DNA of 63,318 nt, the filler included, from Octopus bimaculoides (taxonomy: Eukaryota), in NCBI RefSeq assembly GCF_001194135.2. It is 5 parts of 5 records of this genome, joined end to end, with 100 filler letters (N's around TTAATTAATTAA, not from the genome) between each part and the next. Parts side by side here need not be neighbours in the genome. Positions count along the whole stretch, not along the records: positions 35,060 to 56,267 come from NC_069001.1; positions 56,368 to 61,826 come from NC_069009.1; positions 61,927 to 63,318 come from NW_026365787.1; 2 more parts are not named here. The stretch is one strand, 5' to 3'. Numbering within the stretch: the first letter of the stretch is position 1; each line of letters starts with the position of its first letter. Both the position numbers and the translations under genes were made by a program. Shown here piece by piece: positions 53,664-63,318 of this stretch. Below the pieces are notes generated by a model, which worked only from the letters and a program-made list of their open reading frames with translations, was not told the origin of the DNA and did not search any database.

Positions 53664-55565
53664 ATCATCATCATCATCGTTTAACATCCGCTTTCCATGC
53701 TAGCATGGGTTGGACGATTTGACTGAGGACTGGTGGAGCCCGAAGGCTACACCAGGCTCCAATCTGATTTGGCAGAGTTTCTACAGCTAGATGCCCTTCC
53801 TAACGCCAACCACTCTGAGAGTGTAGTAGGTGCTTTTACGTGTCACCCGCACGAAGGCCAGTCAGGGGATACTGGCAACAGCCACGCTCAAAATGGTGTA
53901 TTTTATGTGCCACCCGCACAAGAGCCAGTCCAGGGGCACTGGCAACGATCTCGCTCGAAAGTCCTTACACATGCTGCGGGCACAAGTGCCAGAAAGGCGA
54001 CGCNNNNNNNNNNNNNNNNNNNNNNNNNNNNNNNNNNNNNNNNNNNNNNNNNNNNNNNNNNNNNNNNNNNNNNNNNNNNNNNNNNNNNNNNNNNNNNNNN
54101 NNNNNNNNNNNNNNNNNNNNNNNNNNNNNNNNNNNNNNNNNNNNNNNNNNNNNNNNNNNNNNNNNNNNNNNNNNNNNNNNNNNNNNNNNNNNNNNNNNNN
54201 NNNNNNNNNNNNNNNNNNNNNNNNNNNNNNNNNNNNNNNNNNNNNNNNNNNNNNNNNNNNNNNNNNNNNNNNNNNNNNNNNNNNNNNNNNNNNNNNNNNN
54301 NNNNNNNNNNNNNNNNNNNNNNNNNNNNNNNNNNNNNNNNNNNNNNNNNNNNNNNNNNNNNNNNNNNNNNNNNNNNNNNNNNNNNNNNNNNNNNNNNNNN
54401 NNNNNNNNNNNNNNNNNNNNNNNNNNNNNNNNNNNNNNNNNNNNNNNNNNNNNNNNNNNNNNNNNNNNNNNNNNNNNNNNNNNNNNNNNNNNNNNNNNNN
54501 NNNNNNNNNNNNNNNNNNNNNNNNNNNNNNNNNNNNNNNNNNNNNNNNNNNNNNNNNNNNNNNNNNNNNNNNNNNNNNNNNNNNNNNNNNNNNNNNNNNN
54601 NNNNNNNNNNNNNNNNNNNNNNNNNNNNNNNNNNNNNNNNNNNNNNNNNNNNNNNNNNNNNNNNNNNNNNNNNNNNNNNNNNNNNNNNNNNNNNNNNNNN
54701 NNNNNNNNNNNNNNNNNNNNNNNNNNNNNNNNNNNNNNNNNNNNNNNNNNNNNNNNNNNNNNNNNNNNNNNNNNNNNNNNNNNNNNNNNNNTGGTCACCT
54801 AGATATTGGAAGCTATCAACCACTTCTAATTTTTCTCCCTAGAATGTGGCAGAAGTTGTTTTCTGCACATTTACAGTGTTTATAGCTCCTGAACATCTGC
54901 CACATACAAAAACTAACTTCCTAGTTAACCTTCCTTTGATATTGCTGCACCTCTTATGTGTCAATAGATTGCACTGGGTGCATCTTATAGAGTTTCTACC
55001 TACGCCTTTTCTACAGATCGAGCAGGGCCATCTACCTGAAGGCCTTTGTGATTTTTCTACCTTCCTACTTATTTGGACTTTGGTTTTATCTAGGTTGATT
55101 CTAAGGCCCTTCGATTCTAGTCCTTGCTTCCACACCTGAAACTTCTCTTCTAGTTCTGATAGTGACTCAGCAATTAGTGCAAGGTCATCAGCATCCTGTC
55201 TTGAATTNNNNNNNNNNTCAGCAATTAGTGCAAGGTCATCAGCATCCTGTCTTGAATTCCTCTGTTATAGCCTGGAGGACTATGATAAAAAGAAGGGGGC
55301 TGAGGACAGAACCTTGGTGGACCCCTACCTCTACCTGGAGTTATTCACTGTACTCATTGTCAACCCTCACCTTACTAACAGCATCTCTGTACATGGCTCG
55401 CACAGCTCACACTAACCATTCCTCTATCCCTAGTTTCTTCATTGACCACCAGATGAGGGATCAGTGACCCTGTCAAAGGCTTTCTCCATGTCAACGAAAG
55501 CCAGATACAGAGGTTTATCCTTGGCTAGGTATTTCTCCTGAAGCTGTCTTACCAGAAATATAGCA
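53664..55565 (-). mobile_element. RTE-clade LINE fragment (same family, gapped, internally deleted)
   Basis: IFLVRQLQEKYLAKDKPLYLAFVDMEKAFDRV; WKQGLESKGLRINLDKTK...WPCSICRKGVGRNSIRC; same 3' UTR and (GAT)n tail. Confidence 0.88.
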
Positions 55566-55867
55566 TTTATACATAGATATACATAAATAAACATAAATAC
55601 ATAAATACATATATGTACATTTAAATGTACATACACAAATGTCCATACATGCACACAAATGAATCAATTAATCAATTATTATTGTTATTATACATGAGTA
55701 GGATGCATATATATACACACCCACACATACATACATACATACACATATGTATACATAAACATTTCCGTACAGACATGTTCATTGGTACATACGCATTAGT
55801 TGCGTTTGGAATGGAGGACTGGTGCACTAGTTTGTATCATTATAATTCCAACAAAAATGTCCAAACC

Positions 55868-55985
55868 TATATCTATATATATAAAAATGAGAATGTGTGT
55901 CTGTCTGTGTGTGTGCGTGAATCCCTAAAACTCGAGAACTACGCAACCAATTTCATTCAAATTTTACACATGCCTTACTTAGGGT
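55868..55985 (+). mobile_element. Helitron-like non-autonomous element 5' fragment
   Basis: tctatatatataaaaatgagaatgtgtgtctgtctg...ccctaaaactcgagaactacgcaaccaatttcattcaaattttacaca. Confidence 0.45.
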
Positions 55986-56371
55986 TCCCTTCCTCTAGAC
56001 CAAACTTGCAAACACCATGGATACAGGCCCCTTCCTCCAGACAAAACTTGTAAACATCATGGACCTCTTCATCTGGACCAAACCTCCAAGTTAACTCTGA
56101 ACACTCCCACAACCTTGATTTCCCACTTCCACAGGTTCTTCTGACATGAGCTGTTTAGTACCTCTGTATGTGGCTGTCATCCTTGATATGCATCACATGA
56201 TCATAACAGTGCAGCCTCCATTTTTAACTTCTTGCAGAGTTTGAGCCCACGGCAACATAATATCTCCNNNNNNNNNNNNNNNNNNNNNNNNNNNNNNNNN
56301 NNNNNNNNNNNTTAATTAATTAANNNNNNNNNNNNNNNNNNNNNNNNNNNNNNNNNNNNNNNNNNNNCACT

Positions 56372-56592
56372 TGGTTTTCTGTGTGTGTGTGTGTGTGTAT
56401 GTGTTTATATATGTTTGTGTGTGTTTGTTTGTGTGTTTGTGTATGTGTGTGTATTTGGGGGTGTGTGTATGTGTTTATATATGTTTGTGTGTGTTTGTTT
56501 GTGTGTTTGTGTATGTGTGTGTATTTGGGTGTGTGTGTATGTGTTTATATATGTTTGTGTGTGATGTGGGTGTGTGTGTATGTGTTTATATA

Positions 56593-56628
<36 letters not shown>

Positions 56629-57075
56629 ATGTGTATATCTGGGTGTGTGTGCATGTGTTTATATATGTTTGTGTGTGTGCACATGTGTGCTTGTGTGTAT
56701 GTATGTGTGTGTGTGATGTGTGTGTTTGTGTGTGTATGTATTTATATATGTTTGTGTGTGTGTGTGATGTGTATATCTGGGTGTGCGTGTGCGTGTATGT
56801 GTATATATATGTGTGTGTGTGTGTGATGTGTATATCTGGGTGTGTGTATGTGTTTATATATGTTTGTGCGCGTGTTTGTGTTTGTAAATCCATTGTGTGA
56901 GTATGTGTGTGTTTGTGTATGTGTTTATGCATGTGTGTATGCGTGTGTTTGTATATCCATTGTATGAGTCTGTGTGTGTGTGTGTGTGTGTGCTGGTGTG
57001 TGTGTGTATGTGTGTTGTTTGTGTGTGATGTGTGTATGTTTATGTGTGTAAGTGTCCATGTGTGTTTGATGCATG
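56372..57075. repeat. TG-rich compound repeat with higher-order units
   Basis: Repeated gtgtatgtgtttatatatgtttgtgtgtg and gatgtgtatatctgggtgtg modules. Confidence 0.85.
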
Positions 57076-57282
57076 TGTATTTTAGTATTATCATCATCAT
57101 TGATAATAATAATAATAATAATAATAATAGCAATCCTTCCTACTCTAGGCACAAGGCCCGAAATTTTGGGGGGAGGTGGTGAGTTAATTACATCAACTTA
57201 ATATTATCGTTTATGACAATAACAGTATCATTCTTATTATTATTATTATTATTATTAATTATTAATTATTATTATTATTATT

Positions 57283-57605
57283 CAGTAGTTTTATTTTTAT
57301 AACGTGCTTTCACTTCATTACCGAGCGCAGCTCTGTGTGCCTTGGGTATGTGCTGTGGTTTGCTGTGATGCTCTTAGGGTTACTGTATTGAAAGTGTATC
57401 GCGTAGGATGTGTGCAGTGCCCAGTAGTGCAAATTTCTGTATGTTATATATATTTGTAAGTCCTGGGGTTTTTGTTATGTATTTGTCTGAATATTTTTTT
57501 TTATTATACCTAAGGCACCTACTATGATAGGAATTGTTTCTGTTTTTAGATTCCACATTCGAGTTACCTTTATTTCCAGGTCTTTGTAGTTTGAAAGTTT
57601 TTCCT
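57283..57605 (-). mobile_element. RLE-type LINE 3' end in (ATT)n, same family as 4205
   Basis: WNLKTETIPIIVGALG..KKYSDKYITKTPGLTNIYNIQKFALLGTAHILR..LSIQ*; same 3' UTR as the 4205 copy. Confidence 0.85.
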
Positions 57606-57639
57606 ATTATTATCATTATTATTATTATTATTATTATTA

Positions 57640-57900
57640 TTCAGTAGTTTTATTTTTATAACGTTCTTTCACTTCACTACCGAGCGCAGCTCTGTGTGCC
57701 TTGGGTATGTGCTGTGGTTTGCTGTGATGCTCTTATTTTTACAGTATTGAAAGTGTTTTCAGATTCCACATTCGAGTTACCTCTATTTCCAGGTCTTTCT
57801 ATTTTGAAAGTTTCTCCATTTCTTTTAGGGAAACGTTGTCATCTGCTGGTATTGATACATCAATTAGAAAGCATTTTTTTTCCTTCATGATCTCTGACAA
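57640..57900 (-). mobile_element. RLE-type LINE 3' end with internal deletion, tandem to previous copy
   Basis: RDHEGKKCFLIDVSIPADDNVSLKEMEKLSK*KDLEIEVTRMWNL joined directly to KTLSI and the 3' UTR. Confidence 0.8.
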
Positions 57901-58134
57901 GCTGTTGCTGTTGTTGTCGGCGTCATCATCATCACCACCATAATAATTATCATCGTCATCATCACCAATGCCACCACCACCACCACCATCATTAACATCA
58001 TTATTATCATCATCATCACCAATGCTGCCACCATCACCACCACCACCACCACCATCATCTTCATCACCACCATCACCATCATCATCACCATCACCACCAT
58101 TATCATTATTATTACCATTATTATTTTCGAATTG

Positions 58135-58335
58135 TTGTAGGAGAAAATTTACAAGCTGTGCAGTATGGCTTCCGGCTATTTACGTCCTGAGTTCAAATTA
58201 CCTCAAGGTTAACATTGCCTTTCTTCCCTCCAGGGTCAATAAAATAAAGCCCCAGTCGGAGAACTGGACTCGATGTAACCAACACGCACCCCCACCTCCC
58301 TTCGGAATTGCTGGCCTTGCGCCAAAATCGGAAAC
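58135..58335 (+). mobile_element. Meta-like SINE copy, degenerate
   Basis: ctgagttcaaattacctcaaggttaacattgcctttcttccctccagggtcaataaaataa. Confidence 0.7.
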
Positions 58336-58387
58336 TACAACCACCACCACCATCTATCTAGCTAGCTAGATAGATAGATAGATATGC

Positions 58388-58437
<50 letters not shown>

Positions 58438-58488
58438 ACACTTAGATATAGAAATATACACACATATATATGTGCATGTATATACATC

Positions 58489-58528
<40 letters not shown>

Positions 58529-59240
58529 TAGAATTAGAAATATGCACACATATATATGTTCATGTATATACATACATATATATATTGCAATTGTATTATT
58601 TTTTTCTTCGATATTTATCAAAAACAAATAAACAGAAGATTTATTTTTCATTGTTACAAATCTAGAAAAGGAATTATCTTTGTACAAAGCATAACATATT
58701 TATATATTTGTCTCTCTCTCTCTCTCTCACTCTCTCTATTTTTTATACTTTATTATTTTATTATTTATATTTATTTTCCAAGATTTCCGATTCTTTTCAA
58801 TAATTTTTCTCTTTCTTTAAAAAAAAATATTATTATTATTATTATTATTATTATTATCATTATCTCTTTTTCGTTTTTGGCTAGTTTTGTTTGCCTTCAT
58901 TCATCTTTGGATTCTGAAAATATCTTCTCTCGTGTCATGTGACTCCATTCTATTGTGTTCTGTACTGGTGTCCTGTCGTGTTCTGTTGTGCTGCATTTAC
59001 TGGATGTTAAAAATTATCTTGCTTCTGGGACGCAGCTGTGTGCATGTGCGTCTGCATACCTGCATGTGTGTGAGAGAGAGAGAGTACGTCTGTGTAGGTA
59101 TGTGTGTGCTTATATATGAGTATGGATATATATATATATATATGTGTGTGTGTATAAATGCATACACACACATATATATATATACATACGCATATATATA
59201 TATTTATATGTATGTGTGTATATATGTGTATATATGTATG

Positions 59241-59280
<40 letters not shown>

Positions 59281-59336
59281 CTATATATGTATTATATATA
59301 TATATATATGTATGTGTGTATATATGTGTATATATG

Positions 59337-59395
<59 letters not shown>

Positions 59396-60307
59396 NNNNN
59401 NNNNNNNNNNNNNNNNNNNNNNNNNNNNNNNNNNNNNNNNNNNNNNNNNNNNNNNNNNNNNNNNNNNNNNNNNNNNNNNNNNNNNNNNNNNNNNNNNNNN
59501 NNNNNNNNNNNNNNNNNNNNNNNNNNNNNNNNNNNNNNNNNNNNNNNNNNNNNNNNNNNNNNNNNNNNNNNNNNNNNNNNNNNNNNNNNNNNNNNNNNNN
59601 NNNNNNNNNNNNNNNNNNNNNNNNNNNNNNNNNNNNNNNNNNNNNNNNNNNNNNNNNNNNNNNNNNNNNNNNNNNNNNNNNNNNNNNNNNNNNNNNNNNN
59701 NNNNNNNNNNNNNNNNNNNNNNNNNNNNNNNNNNNNNNNNNNNNNNNNNNNNNNNNNNNNNNNNNNNNNNNNNNNNNNNNNNNNNNNNNNNNNNNNNNNN
59801 NNNNNNNNNNNNNNNNNNNNNNNNNNNNNNNNNNNNNNNNNNNNNNNNNNNNNNNNNNNNNNNNNNNNNNNNNNNNNNNNNNNNNNNNNNNNNNNNNNNN
59901 NNNNNNNNNNNNNNNNNNNNNNNNNNNNNNNNNNNNNNNNNNNNNNNNNNNNNNNNNNNNNNNNNNNNNNNNNNNNNNNNNNNNNNNNNNNNNNNNNNNN
60001 NNNNNNNNNNNNNNNNNNNNNNNNNNNNNNNNNNNNNNNNNNNNNNNNNNNNNNNNNNNNNNNNNNNNNNNNNNNNNNNNNNNNNNNNNNNNNNNNNNNN
60101 NNNNNNNNNNNNNNNNNNNNNNNNNNNNNNNNNNNNNNNNNNNNNNNNNNNNNNNNNNNNNNNNNNNNNNNNNNNNNNNNNNNNNNNNNNNNNNNNNNNN
60201 NNNNNNNNNNNNNNNNNNNNNNNNNNNNNNNNNNNNNNNNNNNNNNNNNNNNNNNNNNNNNNNNNNNNNNNNNNNNNNNNNNNNNNNNNNNNNNNNNNNN
60301 NNNNNNG

Positions 60308-60487
60308 CTTGACAACCGATGCTGGTGTGTTTACGTCCCCGTAATTATAGCGGTTCGGCAAAAAGAGACCGATAGAATAAGTACTAGGCTTACAAAGAAT
60401 AAGACCTGGGGTCGATTTGCTCGACTAAAAGCAGTGCTCCAGCATGGCCACAGTCAAATGACTGAAACAAGTAAAAGAGTAAAAGAG
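60308..60487 (+). mobile_element. Same CORE-like SINE, 3' half after gap
   Basis: gcttgacaaccgatgctggtgtgtttacgtcccc...tgactgaaacaagtaaaagagtaaaagag. Confidence 0.85.
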
Positions 60488-60519
<32 letters not shown>

Positions 60520-61149
60520 TTAAGGATAAACGCCTGATATCTCTAAATAAAACAAATGTGTATTTATCTTAACACTTACTACTTTCAGTTAAACAGCAGG
60601 AAGTCCAACATTATGTGATATGGTGTTACTTTCCTTTTGTCAAGCTGTATGTAGTTAGTGCTTGATTGTTCGGCGATTGCGGAAGAATCATTTCTGTTCT
60701 GAACACCATGCTGTGGCCAGTCTGTTTGTCACAAAAGGTATTTTGAGTTGTAATTAAGAATCAGTATATTTGTGATGTTGTTGTTGGTGGTGGTGGGGTG
60801 GGGTGGTGTTAGTGGTGGTGGTGGTGGTGCTGTTAATATTGTATTTCGTGCTACTTTTTTTTAGTTTTTTTTTTTAATGGCTGAGTGTGAAAGAACCCTA
60901 CCTGCTCTTTTGAGATGATGATGATGATGAGAACGATGATGATGATGATAATGATGATAGTGTGGTAGTGGTGGTGGTAGTGGAGGTGGTAGTGTTGCTG
61001 TTGCTGTTGTAGTTGTGGTTTCACGAGCAGGCTGTTCCGTTGATCGGATCAGCTGGAACCCTTGACGTCGTAAGTGACGGAGTGCCAACACACATTGGTG
61101 GATTAAGATGATGTTCAAGAAATAAATTAACGAAAGGTAAACATATTTA

Positions 61150-61680
61150 TCGGTTTATTATGATAGTGCTTGGAACAGAACAAAAGACATATTGGTATGT
61201 TAAGAAGGTGTTTGGAATACAATTAAACAGAAATACGTCTTGGTATACCAAGATGGTGTTTGGGACATAACAAATATATACTGGGATATTAAAATAGTGT
61301 TTGAGACATAACAAATGATAGATATATATTGGTATGTTAAGAAGTGTTTGGAATACAACAAATATATATTCGTATATTAAGACAGTGTTTGGAACATAAC
61401 AGAAGAGAAAGAAAATGGTTAGTATGTTAGGATGGAGTTTGGAACATTACAAAGGACAAATATATAGTGGTATATTCAGATGGTTTCCTTTGATGGATCG
61501 GTATCCTGTCCAGGAACGAGTATAAACACCAAAGTATCTGGTGCTATGCTCAATGCTATGAGTCCATGTGACTCAAAGAAGCTTTATCCATTTTTCATGT
61601 TAATACGGTTTTGGGGAACATAGTAAAAGACAAATATATATATATTGGTATGTCAAGATGGTGTTTGAGTCATAACATAA
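61150..61680. repeat. Degenerate 40-48 bp minisatellite
   Basis: Recurrent tattggtatgttaagatggtgtttggaacataacaaatata-like units, interrupted at about 61480-61600. Confidence 0.8.
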
Positions 61681-61686
61681 TTAAAG

Positions 61687-61729
<43 letters not shown>

Positions 61730-62269
61730 TCAAATAAAATGTGTTTATTATGGTAGTTTGACCTTTAGAGTCCCTCCTAGCATGAGGCATTTATGTATAG
61801 TAATGCCCTTAATATATATATATATANNNNNNNNNNNNNNNNNNNNNNNNNNNNNNNNNNNNNNNNNNNNTTAATTAATTAANNNNNNNNNNNNNNNNNN
61901 NNNNNNNNNNNNNNNNNNNNNNNNNNGAAGATTCGAGTGATTTCAAAGTTAAAAAGTGAAATAAATTCAATTAATTCAATATCCGCTAGATCCAAAATTC
62001 CATGTATGAAGACTGTTCAGTCACCAACTTTGTGTTTTCTTGTATCCTTGGTTTCTGATTCTTCAGTTGTCAACCATAAAAAATAAAGCCTGAATCTTGT
62101 CAGCATCTTTAAATCCCTACACATTCTTTTCTTTAGCTTCTAAAAAAAAAAGAAAAAAAAAAGGAAAAGGGTAAAACATTTCATCAAACAATTCAAAGAA
62201 GTGTTATCCTCAGTCCGAGAATATTGTTGTGATGAGGTAGTCTTTGTAGAATATCGGTTTCAAATAACA

Positions 62270-62430
62270 CAAGGCCAGCGACTTCGGGGAAGGGGATAAG
62301 TCGATTTCATCGACCTCAGTGCTCAACTGGTACTTATTTTGTCGACTCCGAAAGGAGGTCAATCTCAGCGGAATTTAAACTCAGAACTTAAAGATAGACG
62401 AAATGCCGCTAAGTGTTTTGCCCGGCCAGC
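62270..62430 (-). mobile_element. Meta-like SINE copy
   Basis: aactggtacttattttgtcgactccgaaagg...gcggaatttaaactcagaac...gaaatgccgctaag. Confidence 0.7.
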
Positions 62431-62829
62431 TCCCCGGGATCTAGTGTTTTTCATTCGCAAAATGAGCCCCTTTAATTTTGCTCCTCGTAAATTAAAGAAC
62501 TTGATGTTATTTGGAATTAAAGTTGGGAAATTTGGGTAATTTTAGCGAACCAACAGACAGCGAGGCATTAACAGCTTGTTACTATGACAACTGCACATTG
62601 TGTTGTGTTCCCGTATGCTGTGTCGATTCTTCACCTGCGTGTTTCGTTTTAATAACAATTTATATTTATCAATTAGAATTTTATTATAGATATTTTTCGC
62701 CNNNNNNNNNNTGTCTTAATATTTTACATATTTTTATATATATATATAGCAAAAGTTGTCTGAGATGTTTATACAGTTTCCTGGCATTGTGAAGGTGAAT
62801 GGAATATGTGAACTTAGTTGTCGGCCCCA

Positions 62830-63318
62830 GCTCGTATCCGAGCACTGGGTTCGTCAGTTTCCGTCCAGTCTACTCGGCTGATGTTTGTGCCGAAAGTGAC
62901 TTTGGAGTCAAAGTCGGTGGTGAAGGATTCGTGGGCAGAACTCGCAAGGGATAGTTGGTGCAGGTNNNNNNNNNNNNNNNNNNNNNNNNNNNNNNNNNNN
63001 NNNNNNNNNNNNNNNNNNNNNNNNNNNNNNNNNNNNNNNNNNNNNNNNNNNNNNNNNNNNNNNNNNNNNNNNNNNNNNNNNNNNNNGGCAATCTGTTCCC
63101 ATGAGGATGGCTGGATGTTAGTTTGAGCCAAGGTCCGTTTGAGCTGGTCTTTAAAACGGAATTTCGGACCTCTTCTGGGTGTTGTTCCGATTGCAAGTTC
63201 TCCGTGGAGCATGATCCTTGGGAGACGAGAGGGCTCCATACACTGGATGTGACCTACCCAGCGGAGATGATGGCGAAGAATGGTGGCTTCGACACTTGGT
63301 AGTGAGGCGCAGCGAAGA
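62830..63318 (-). mobile_element. RTE (BovB-like) LINE ORF2 C-terminus with terminal C2H2-like finger; continues beyond window
   Basis: LRHHLRWVGHIQCMEPSRLPRIMLHGELAIGTTPRRGPKFRFKDQLKRTL; after the gap CEFCPRILHHRL*LQSHFRHKH. Confidence 0.8.

Noticed and set aside
58887-60523. Long ORFs (300-485 aa) here and at 5372-6283, 23764-24690, 28356-29303 and 53733-54885
   Set aside because: They consist of N-runs and dinucleotide repeats (YI/CV/HT/X strings), not real coding sequence.

Overview
AT-rich, gapped eukaryotic genomic DNA dominated by microsatellites and transposon remnants. The SINE and RTE families look like those I recall from octopus (coleoid cephalopod); this is pattern recognition, not a database match. 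Almost all ORFs in the track are artefacts of microsatellites or N-runs. Two credible host-gene exons are present. One is on the minus strand (31011-30705) and encodes a signal peptide plus an LRRNT-like Cys cluster. The other is on the plus strand (42853-43033) and begins MGCGRSK, a myristoylation/palmitoylation-type motif. Mobile elements include several tRNA-derived SINE families, RTE LINEs with a PHD-like finger, and RLE-type (R4/Dong-like) LINE ends sitting in (TAA)n. There are also an L1/Tx1 fragment, a Gypsy 5' LTR+PBS+gag, a ZMYM1-like hAT pseudogene, a fold-back mariner derivative and a rearranged Penelope-like element (PLE). The most interesting signals are (1) a dispersed three-copy repeat carrying a 36-nt minimal hammerhead-like motif with a shared non-canonical core (A6 to U), (2) a decayed hammerhead downstream of the PLE ORF, and (3) three long fold-back structures, one a near-perfect 232-bp inverted duplication about 170 nt from the LRRNT exon's acceptor. 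No rRNA, intact tRNA or CRISPR array was found.
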